DNA of 63,375 nucleotides from Ancylonema sp. (Eukaryota). This document shows, piece by piece, positions 52,901-63,375 of the stretch. The DNA is taken from assembly GCA_050230475.1 (NCBI GenBank), contig JBFLGF010000020.1, positions 62,001-125,375 on the forward strand, read 5' to 3'. The notes beneath the pieces were generated by a model. The model saw only the letters and a program-made list of their open reading frames with translations. It was not told the DNA's origin and made no database searches. A program made the position numbers and the translations under genes. The stretch's first letter is position 1. Each line of letters begins with the position of its first letter.

Positions 52901-53830
52901 ACTCGAACAACAAGGTCTCATGAGACCATCTATGCAGTCAAAGTATGCTTCTGCAACAGTGGTAGTAAGAAAAAGGGATGAAACAGGGGCATATATGATC
53001 TGCGTCAATGTGGAGATTACAGACCCTTAAACTTATACACTTAGCAAACTGGATCTGAAGTCAGGCTATCATCAGATCCCAGTTGTGGAACATGATAAAT
53101 GCAAGACATCTTTTTGGAGTCAAAACCGTCATTTAAAGGAATGGAATGTCGTGTTGTTTGGACTGAAAAATGACTCGAGTGCTTGCTGGACTATCTTTCG
53201 CAAAATACTATATAGATGATATCATTGTTTGGAGTTCATCTTATGCGGAACATCTCAAGCATCTCGAGATTGTGTTTCAAAGGCTCAACGACTGGGGACT
53301 GAAAATTCATCCATGTAAGTGCTTGTTTGGGGCTGAGGAGGTAGACTTCCTAGGGCATCGGGTGAACACGTATGGCATCCGCCCTCAAAGGAAAAGACGC
53401 AAGCTATTCGAGATATGCAGGCGCCTAAGGATGTGTATGGGCTGCGTGCTTTACTAGGTCTATTTTCATACTATAGGAAGTTTGTGCCAAATTTCTCGTC
53501 CATAGCATCCCCTCTCAACAAGCTGCTCAAGAAGGATGAGCCTTGGCGCTAGGGCATCAACCACTAGCGGTTGTGCAGCAATTAAGTTTTATGCTGTGCT
53601 CAGAGCCTGTGTTGCGAAGGCCAGACTATTTCCTTCCTTTCAGGTTGCAAACAGTCTGGAGCCAAGATGGCGTCGGGGCTGTCCTCAGCTAGAAAGACGA
53701 CCAAAGGCAGGAGTTTGTGGTGGCCTACGCCAGCCGGAGCTGCAACCCGGCAGAGCGCAACTACAACGCTTACGATGGAGAGAGCCTGGCGGTCGTTTGG
53801 GCGGTGCAACACTTCCGACACTACCTCATA
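49991..53830 (+). mobile_element. Ty3/Gypsy pol remnant with domain order protease - C5 DNA methyltransferase - RT - RNase H
   Basis: ORFs at 49991, 50666, 51605, 52346 and 52754 share one frame separated by single stops. RT motifs DLKSGYHQI, YIDD (53209-53220), FLGH; RNase H VAYASRS...NYNAYDGESLAVVWAVQHFRHYL. Confidence 0.9.
51170..52165 (+). pseudogene. C5-cytosine DNA methyltransferase domain with intact catalytic motifs, interrupted by stops
   Basis: Motif I VVDFFCGVG; motif IV FPCQPFS (Cys 51488-51490); motif VI ENV (51620-51628); motif VIII HRFRRFWTN; motif IX/X region PTVREAVLLLGF...RLHMLDQVID. Confidence 0.92.
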
Positions 53831-53834
53831 GGGA

Positions 53835-56800
53835 GTCAGGAGCCATCAACATTCTTTTTTACACGGAATACCCACTTTGACTTTATCACTTTCTTGCCCT
53901 TTGGCCTCGGAACAAGACGAAACACTTCATTTTCTCTGAGACTGTTCATTTATGTATCCATTGCCTCCTCCCACTTCTTTCTTTCTGGACTGCCAAGAGC
54001 TTCTACCACCGTTTCTGGAGTTTTTGATTCGGCATCCACTCCAGCAACATATGCAGCGACGAATCTGTTTGCTAGAATACCTTTGTTTTCACGAGTCGAG
54101 CGTCGAACGTCACCTCGAGCAGCCTTGACAACTTCCTTGATTTTCTCCTTTGCAGTCGTGAGGACTGGATTCTCTGGAGTTGCTTCATCGGGATACCATT
54201 CATGCCCATCCTCCAGCAGATCCTGATCACTTGCATCCCCAAATTGCTTACAAGCTCAGGATACTTGTCATTCTGAGGAGGAGGAAGTGCCGGAAGCTGA
54301 GGCAAAGGATTACCATCAACATCAGGAACCCCTTCATCGACAGAAGGCCAATTTCCTTTTGCGAGCAAGCGCTTCGTTTGCCATAATCAGATCTGACCAC
54401 TCCATCTCAACGGCTGCATCCACTTCACAAATTTTTCCTTTCTTTCCAATATTCTGTCCTCTCCACCGTCCAACTCCTAACAGATTCGTCAAAATCAGCA
54501 TGTGCGTGACCAACGTTGTGATATTCGTGGTTGGATCCCACACTCTGTGACAGGGACTTTCTGACTTCCAGCCAACAAGCACTCCCATCCAAGCCAGCGC
54601 TGCCATCTTGCCCGTCGATCTCTTTTCTCCATGCGCACATAAACGTTGCAGCCGTAGGAGCGAAGATGATCTACATGAGGTGTGCTCCCAGTCCACATTA
54701 CTTATGGAGTCTTTGGTGAATTCGTAACTTTGCAGCGATTTCGAAGATATGATGCATGAGAGATGGCTTCAGCCCATAGACCTGAAGGAATTTGCATGTG
54801 GAAGAGCATTGATCTAGCTCGATTCTGCAGAGTTTTGTTCATCCTCTCAGTAATAGCATTTGCTTGAGGAGTGAATGGTGGAGTCGGCTCATGGTTGATG
54901 CCTTTGCTGCGAAGCCACAATCGAAAATCACCATCGAAGAATTCTCCTCCCCTGTCTGACCGCAGATTCTTGACAGCATTTCCACTTTGTCGTTGCCAGA
55001 TTGCTATCCACTCTTTCATATTGCTATCCAGTCTTTCAGACGAGGAGCAGCGTCACTTTTCGAGCGCAGAATTTATACCCATGATAATCACCATGTTGTA
55101 GACGCCTCCCCCAAGCGACGCCGGTTGAAAAGTTCCCACCAAATCCACTGAAATTCTTCCCATACAAACTTTTTCACCCGCTCCCAGTTCCCTGCTTGGA
55201 TGCGGTCGATCATGTGCTTTGCCGAGTTTGCAGCCCTCACAATTGGCAAGGATTCCAGAAACACCTCCCTCAAGTCCACGCACCAGATCTTCTTTTCCCA
55301 ATTCTCTTAGCACCCTTTCATTTGCATAACCAAGACGTCGATGCAGAACGTTCACATCGACAACTGCAACGACCGCTTCCCCTTCACTTTGTCGATGATG
55401 ACGCAATGGCGTGCAAATCAATGTATGACGACCAGAGCTGGACTCACGAATTGTGCAGATTTGTTTTCCATCTTTCCGAAAGACTGGAATTATTCCACCT
55501 GCTGGTCCCTCAAATATATACTCCCACCCCTGTGCTCTGGCTTTTCGTCCGCTGAAAAGATTGACTCTCAACCCTGGTATATACAGACAATTCTGCAGAG
55601 TAATTCCTCCACATTCGCCCTCCGTTTCAAGCTCAACAGTTCCCAACTGCTTGACACTCACACTGCCAACAAGATGATGCATGACACTTTCTTGCGGAAT
55701 GTCGATCAAAGTTTTGAAGTGTGCTTGCTGTCCACTTGAATGATGGCTGGAACCGTCATCCCACAGAAATCCTCTCTCCTCATCTCCCTCACCGACACGT
55801 CCTTCACAAATTTCACCAACCACCATTTCACCATGTCCGCAATCACCTCCCTCATCAATCTCGCTCACATGTGCAGATTTTCAACCTGTCTGCTGATTTT
55901 TGCGCTGCATTCGAGGAGCCTGATTTTTCTTGTCAAAGGAGGTAAATTCAATGTGTCCGATCGCACCACAATAGTCACAAGTATCATCTTTTCTCGGACA
56001 GTCATTGCTGAAATGACCTGTACGACCACACATATAACAAGAATGACCACCTCCTGCACCTCTTCCTCCTCCAGCACCACGATCAGATCTGCCTCCTCAA
56101 TATCCACTATAATCTCCCCTGCCAGCACCTCTGCCACCTCCTCTATCAAACCCTCAACCTCTGCCTCGATTCGAAAAAATTTGTTTCGCATTCCACTTTG
56201 CATAATTTGCTTCTGCGACAAGTGCTTCAGCATCTCTTTCACCTTGCTCTTTCTGATCGTCCAGTTCATCAACCCCCATTTGTGCCCAGATCCAGTTGAT
56301 TCTTGGTGCCTCTGCTTGACCAAAGTACAACTTTTTGAGCATTCCATACTCGGTTCTTGACATCCCTGCGAACAGTGCCATCACTTGGTCCTCCTCGTTG
56401 ACTTTATACTTTTGATGTGCGCAGGATCTGATGATCGATAAAAAGTATTTCTTGATGTCTCGGACTGGCAGCTTCTCATTTACTTTGAACGAATTCAGCT
56501 GCTGCTTGGCGAGCTGCTTCAGCTCCGGTGTAACTTTATCAAACTCTTCTTTCAGGTACTTCCACATGGCTGCTGGTTTTCTCTCATACTCCTCAAGAGT
56601 CGTAGCTATGTCTTCACTCACAAGTCCCATAAGTAGCATCACAACTTTCTTCGTTCATTTTCGAAAACTTCTGATGTCTTCTGTGTACTGATCCATCTCA
56701 TCCCGGTTTGTGATCCAGTTCTCGTCATCATATGCTTGGTAAACTTCCTCTGGTTCTGTTTCTATATTCCCTTGCAGATCTCAAGACAATCTGCGTCATC
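53835..56800 (-). mobile_element. Ty1/Copia retrotransposon fragment (gag, protease, GAG-pre-integrase, integrase; RT absent)
   Basis: Copia-type gag (PAAMWKYLKEEF), zinc knuckle CHICGRTGHFSNDC, LWDDGSSHH, NLFSG, HRRLGY..CEGC, LRSDRGGEF, TPQANAITERMNKTL, LWAEAI..ASYLRNR. Confidence 0.92.
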
Positions 56801-58034
56801 AAGTGTTGCAGATGCCTTAGATCGCCAAGCTTGGAAAGAAACTTTGTCTCCATCCGATCCAGGCCCCCTCCTAGTCAAAGATCTCTACTGATCAGAACTA
56901 ATAGTCAACTCCAATCATAATCAAGTATTGTGCCGGATCACCTAAACTTATCGACAAATTGCTAGATGGCCAGAACTAATCATCGTAATCATATCGATAT
57001 GCAAAACGACAAAATCGACAAAACTAAAAACTTAACTTCCGAACAAAGACTAAAATCGATATACCGACAAAAGTTCACAGACCCTAAAAACTAACATCAT
57101 CTTCTTCGATTGTACTCATCGGATAGGGAATGTGTATAAAAATTTCCAAACCATCTTTGTGAACCCAAGTATTATTTCAGCGGCCAATGAACGTGTAAAT
57201 AATGACACCCCCCCCTCCCCCCTCCCGAATTTATGCGGAAGTTTTGACGGGCTAATAACCCTTAAAGGTCCCCAGTCTGCCCGGGTCCCGGCTCTGCACT
57301 TGGTCTGATTGCGGTCCGAATAAAATAATATTGACAGTCCGTGCAAGTATGGGGATCGGGGCTTGACTATGGTTTTACTGCTCGTTTACGTCTTTTTAGT
57401 GATACTGTTCTTGCAAATGGAATAACAATCGAGAATCTCCGAGCACGTGGGTTGGGTCCAAGGGGTGGACGTGAACCGTAGTTGCTTCCAATAGGAGATC
57501 TGGAACGCCGAACATTGAGTATTGATATTGGTCGGGAAATGAACGACATGCACATGCATCCAATATGACGCTTAACGCCCAAAAATTGGGAAAATTGGAT
57601 GGGGTGGCCCCAATCTGGCACCGACCCGGATCGGGTCCAATCCGGATTGGGGATCATGGGGATGGGGCACAACTAGGATTTGAATGAGAGGACTAGTATG
57701 TACCCACAACCCCAAGACCCCTTAAGAGACGAACATAGGCGAACAGCGGGGTCGGCCAATACAAGATCACGACCTCGAGTTGATTTACAGAGAAGAAAAC
57801 ACTGATCTCGATATGCATTTAATAACCTATTCATTTTACCACTGCTAGTGCGCTCAATCTCGCTCTACCTGTACCCTCTAGCCTACAGTCTCCAACCCCT
57901 GATATGTACGTTGACCCGTAACGCACACATAATGCACGTACTCTATGTAGGACATTTGAGGGCACTGTTGACACATGTGTGAGAGGCAAAAAATAAGGGT
58001 CTAGGGGAGAGAAGGTAAATGCCCTTCGAATGGA

Positions 58035-60297
58035 TCAAGCAACCGGTTTCACTTCCGTATACTTGATGACACAGTCATACAACCTCCCCCCTAGAAAGTC
58101 GGCCACCTCTTGGTGCTTCACCTGCACTCAACAAGCACCATTTTACTAATACCATTTACCATTTACCATTTACCACCATAGACCACGCTTGTGAAGAAAC
58201 TTAGCTTGTGAGCTAGACACTACATATGAACAACGCATACAAGGAAAAAAGGGAGGAGATACCAACATTTGTTGTGAATGCCACAGGATGGCCACAAACT
58301 AGTGCAAGACGGTACACAAACGAAATCGGAGTTAGTTACTCTTGGTATAAGACTAGGAATAGGAAAAGGATGGACTTGTTCGGTGGAGTGTCATTCTTAT
58401 ATCCTTTCACTTGTTTTACAATTGTGTTGTTTACAATCGAAATAAGAACCTTTCTTCACAGGGGAAAAAGAATTGTTACCTGAAGCTGATTTCGCGCATT
58501 TCATTGCGTTTGCGTATGCAAATAAATGTGACACGTATTAGAAATTATTCGATTTGATAATCCATTTCCCCAACCTTTCTTGGTCTCTTATATCGAGGGA
58601 AGGGGTTGTATGGTTTGTTGCTCACCATGCCGATATAAAGAGAGTCAACGGAAAACTTTGCGTAAAGGTTGGTTTCAATGGATCGGCCCTGGAGGAGGGG
58701 GAATCAATGATTGGGCAAGAATTTTGTCAGTATATGACCTCTATCACGATATCATAAAACGTCAATATAAGAATCTTTGTTGTGAGAACCTTTGAGTTGA
58801 GTTTTTTTTTTTTTTTTTTTTTTTGTAGGGTTTTTAGGAATACATCATAGGATATGATGTGAGAAACTACTTTCCCATTTTTTTTTGGTTTCTCATACCA
58901 AGGTTTTACTTCACTACTAAGAGGACATCAATGATGGCAATAATGATAGGGGGGGGGGGGGGAATGATGAGAACTATGACAAAAAATCTGACAATAATGG
59001 TAATTATCATAATATCATCGCATCAGCAGCATACAGACATAATGTTACCATTAAACATCATATCACTTCTAAGTTCCAAACGGGGACGAAAAAATTAGTA
59101 GGACAAAGTGCTTATTGACACGGATTGAAGAATAGAGTTAGGGCGAGAAATACTGTATTAGATTATACAGCATACAAAACAAGCTCAACGATAAAGAAGG
59201 TGGGGGGGGAAGGGAGGGAAAAAAAAAAAAAAAAAAAAAAAGGAAAGAAGAAGGAAAAGAAGGAGAAGAAGAAGAGGAAGAGGAAGAGGAAGAGGAGATG
59301 CTTCAAGAGTAAACGCAATCAATCGTAAGCCCAATCGCCACTCACCATTCCTTCCATGACCACCAGGTCAGCATCTTCCGCCACATACGCCAGCTCAGCA
59401 GAGACGCAGTTCAGATCCGCCACCTGTCCACGGGAACCGGAGCACAACTTGGGTTTAAGAAAGCAAAATTACCCCAAAAACCAGAAAACGGTTTCTTACT
59501 TGGCATGTTTCTTGGATGTGTATGGCACATTTTGAGTTTGATAACCCAGAATAGAAGGCTGAACTAATGGTCTTTTAAACAGCGTGTAGCCTCATACACC
59601 GAAGTTCCTATTATTGATCAAAGATATTGCATTCAATCTCAAGTGCCTTCAAAACGGTCAGCCCTTTCATCGGCAATCGCTACTTTGTCTGTTTTTGCTG
59701 TTGTGTTATTTTGGGACCCTAAGTAAGACAAACATAACACAAGAAAAAAAAACCCTTGTATAGTAGTGACCTGTTCCGAGATAAGAAACATGTCACTAGT
59801 CACTTGGTGTGATACCGAGGTGGTTATGCACCGTGTGGTAACAAGTGGTGGGCGGAAATACAAGAATACAAAAATACAAAAATACAAAAATACAAAGAAA
59901 TAAATCCGCAAAAGTTTTGTTGTTCTACCAATCTGCAGGCTTGGATACATTTGCGGGTCGTTCTATCCGAGGGATTTGGGTGTATCGGCGAAATCTCTCC
60001 AAAGGAAAAGAAATGAATGTTTTGTTATGGGCCTTCATAATGGGTGTGTCTCCCATAACGAGGGTCGAATCCACAGGATCCACAGAACATATGCTCTCCG
60101 TTTGCCGATTTCTACTGCCTTCCTACAGAGTGTGCCTATACGGAGTGTGACTAAACAAAGGTTTGGATCCTACCGGCAGATCACTCCCTGAGTTGACCAC
60201 CACGAGGCTCCCTGAGTCCGCCCCCAGGGCCATCTCGCCCACGGATTTCTCGGGGGATTCCTGGAACTCAACCAGATTCTCCACCTGAAAGAGGCCA

Positions 60298-60330
<33 letters not shown>

Positions 60331-62796
60331 AGAGGCATGCAAGACCCAAAAAAACATATTGACGTTTGTGGAATTTGCATTACACTTTTTGTATTGTACA
60401 GAGAGGCATAGCACCTATTTTGGTTGGAATAACATGGGTTATATGAAATTCCGTTTTCGGAAATTTAGTGTACGGAGGGTGTGCCTATACAGAGGGGTAC
60501 CCACAGTGAGGTACAAATAAGAACCACCTTTTTCCGAGGATGACCAATAATAAGACAAAGTGAAGAACATCAAAATGATCCAAAATGATCCAGGTTACAT
60601 TTGGAATGTACTCCAAATGTAATCCGTACTTGTCTCCCTAGGCGAAAACATGCCCACCGTGGAATACGTACGGTTATCGCGCACGTATATCCTGTCTTCT
60701 TCTTTTAGTAATTGACCAAGCAGCAGCAGCAGCAGCAGCAACAGTTTTGGTATTGAGTGAGAGTGTAAATCAGAGTCCGGGTTGTACCTTTTCTATGATA
60801 TCCAGCATCTCAGTGTAGGTGATGTCGTTGATGGAAGGGAGGTCGTTCACTGCTAAAACCACCTGAGGAGGAAAAACAAAAAAATTATGGTCAGAATTCA
60901 GATGGCGTGTATGTGTCTGTATACAGTCAAACCCATGTGTAATCCCCCTCTGTATAGGCACACCCTCAATAAACTGGATGGCACTCTCACGCGTATCTGG
61001 ATGCAGTTGCTACCTGTCCATATTAATTTTGTGTGTATAGGTCCTCTCCCATCCCGTCAATATTGAAGTAGAGAGGTTTCCCAGAAGGAATAGAGGGAAG
61101 ACAGGTGATTTGTTTTCCATAGACACAAATTCTGATACAGGCAGATATGTCTACAGTCACACTTTTGGCAGGGCATGTTTTGGCGCCTTTCCAAAATGGG
61201 GACGCCTTCACAAAGGGTGCGATGTTTCGAAATAAACGACTTCTGTATGCCAAGATTTGGTGTCCTTTTGTCTGAATTTGCACATCTGCTCTTCAATTGG
61301 ATCTACATTCCTACCGTGATATAAGAAGCGATGAATAGAATGTCAGTTACAATTAATATCCTTTTTTTAGGGTTGTTTTCGGTCTTTCATAGAGACGACT
61401 TGAAATACAAAAAACAAACATTTGATTCCTCGTCCCCGTATGGTTCATACGTATACATGTGTTTGTGATACAGTAATACCTGATCAAAATAATACTCTCT
61501 CCAATAAAAAACCCTCTAAAGTAATAGAAAATGGCTCCCCCGACGTTGGGGAAGTGTAGTTATTTCAACTGCCTAAATAAATGACCTGCTCAAAAGAATA
61601 TTAGTTCTCCCCCCCCAAAGTATTCTTCTACACAGGCTTTACTGTTTACACATTCACATATACACATATACACATATACACATATACAAAAGACTACAAA
61701 CACATGTATACGTATACATGAGTTTATAGTATGTACATTCACAAAAATACATTTACAAAAATATGTACAAACGCAACCATGCTTCTCGTCGCCCACGCAG
61801 CGAGGTGAAGTGTTTATCCCTTCAAAACTGTAAAAATTATTACAGGATTGGTACTGGATTTGAAGCCCTGTATCGTCCGTTACCTTGGTCCCTTTCCTCA
61901 GCAGCTCTCTCGCAAATGGCAGTATCCCGAGCACCACATCCGCACCCGAATTGTCGCAGAAGATAACCGCCTGGTGGGCACAAACGGACAGACAGAGAGA
62001 GAGGGAGAAGGAGAGGGGGGGGGGGGGGGGGGGGGAAGCACACAGACGGGCAGACGGAGAGAGAGGTGGAGAGAGGGGGAGAAAGAGAGGGAAAGGGAGG
62101 GGGAAAAAAAAGAAAAAAAGAAAGAAGAAGAGCCCCACGTCAGATCTCGCACCTCCCAAGGCTCATAGATGGAGGAGGTGTAGTCAACCCTCTATAGAGG
62201 CACTAAAATCTCCCATCACCAAAAGGGTGCTTATAAGGAGGGAGGACGCGGTCCATCCCTGGCCACCAGCACCATTGCCCAACCAAAAGTGTGCCTTTCA
62301 AGAGGGATTGCTTGCATACGCTCAGACTTCAATATAAGGAACTTTGTCAAAAGAAAGTGATTACTATTAAATTCAATTCCGGAAACGTGTTGTGGAGTTC
62401 TCTAGAGCGAAATGCAATGTACAAACAACAGTGTAGGTGTACAAAAAAAAATCGCCACATTTCTAATGTTTCCCCCCCCCGTTTTTTCTTCAGACTTCCA
62501 GGATCCAAGGGTTTGTGAAAAACCAGTTTTGGGAAATCAGAACGAAATGTTGTTTAGAACGAAATGTGATGTATACAACGGAGTACGTGTAAGAAACATT
62601 CCACACATTTATTATCCCCCCCCCCCACTTTTTCTTCACATTTCTTGTACCAGGATTTCTAGTGCACCTTGTTCCATTTCTTGTTCATAAAGGCTGCCTT
62701 GAACCGATCGAAGTCGTCCACCACCCAGGGGCGAGGGTGGAGCTTCTCATAGGTGGAGTGGAAAGTCATGGTGCCGCTGGCGAACAGATCCGCGGA
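58035..62796 (-). CDS. DUF89/ARMT1-like damage-control phosphatase (At2g17340-like), 3' seven exons; 5' part lies beyond the window
   Basis: Exons 62796-62668, 61970-61884, 60862-60788, 60284-60174, 59423-59346, 58688-58626, 58121-58035 (TGA), all phase 0. Motifs RPWVVDD, FCDNSGAD, NDLPSIND, EGMGRSIETN, VKHQEVADFLGGRLYDCVIK. Confidence 0.93.
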
Positions 62797-62807
62797 CTGC
62801 ACAGGGA

Positions 62808-62900
62808 AACCCCTCTGATTTAATACCCCTCTGCTCTGATACCCCTCTGATTTAATACCCCTCTGATCTGATACCCCTCTGATTTTACACCCCTGAGATA
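62808..62900. repeat. Intronic 16-bp tandem repeat (ACCCCTCTGATTTAAT-like)
   Basis: About 6 degenerate copies beside the acceptor at 62797. Confidence 0.85.
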
Positions 62901-63375
62901 CATTACCCACTCTACTTTGGTACTGATTCGAACGGTTTCTAATGTGCGTGCTTTTCCCGCGTGACTGTGTCATATGTGTGTCACCGTTTGACTATATGTT
63001 GAGGCACCCTCGGTAGGAGCACAAGCTGTAGGAAGGCACCACATTATGTAGCTTTCATCGCATTCGGTGGCACTGCCAGATGTAGTTTGCACCAAACATG
63101 ATAATAGGGAAACCTTGTTGTTCGGAAGCTATTCAGTCGATATCCATTCATGGTCTCGCGAATGCATATAAAATTTGATCCATGTTCTTGTAAGCACAGC
63201 ATGTATCACTTCATTCATTCATACATGCCTCCACCGTCACTCTGTTGCACTTTTCATCCCTTCTTTTCAGTCTCCGCATCAATCCAAGAGAAACACAGAG
63301 ACAAAAGACATTGCAGGCCCCCTCCCCAAAAGAAAACATCTTAAAAAAAAAAACACTATGTGGACAGAATGAGGA

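Noticed and set aside
57720..58133. Possible Copia 5' LTR ending in CACTCAACA
   Set aside because: 58035-58121 is the last exon of the DUF89 gene and the motif is part of its acceptor region.

Overview
Eukaryotic nuclear DNA with GT-AG introns, most likely from a streptophyte (charophyte-grade) green alga. That assignment rests on plant-type genes, a ycf1-rps15-ndhH plastid insertion and the retroelement types. There are two single-N assembly breaks (938, 13889). Host genes: a complete 25-exon GH38 alpha-mannosidase (44028->32391, -), the 3' seven exons of an At2g17340-like DUF89 damage-control phosphatase (62796->58035, -), a 2-exon orphan protein with a likely plastid transit peptide (3085->1957, -) and two exons of an RH22-like DEAD-box helicase. 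The rest is mostly decayed transposons: a full-length Ty3 chromovirus (21313-26892, TSD GTAGA) with a Tf1-type self-priming signature, a Ty3/Gypsy pol carrying a C5-cytosine methyltransferase between protease and RT (49991-53830), a Copia fragment, gag/integrase/protease fragments, a tRNA-in-LTR TRIM, MITEs, a NUPT and long (GAAGGAGAA)n arrays. Top finding: removing the chromovirus rejoins, in frame, a stand-alone ~570-codon homologue of the retrotransposon DNMT (27926->20630). Its catalytic motifs are substituted while the fold is kept colinear, which suggests a catalytically dead DNMT-like accessory protein. All alignments and coordinates were made by eye.
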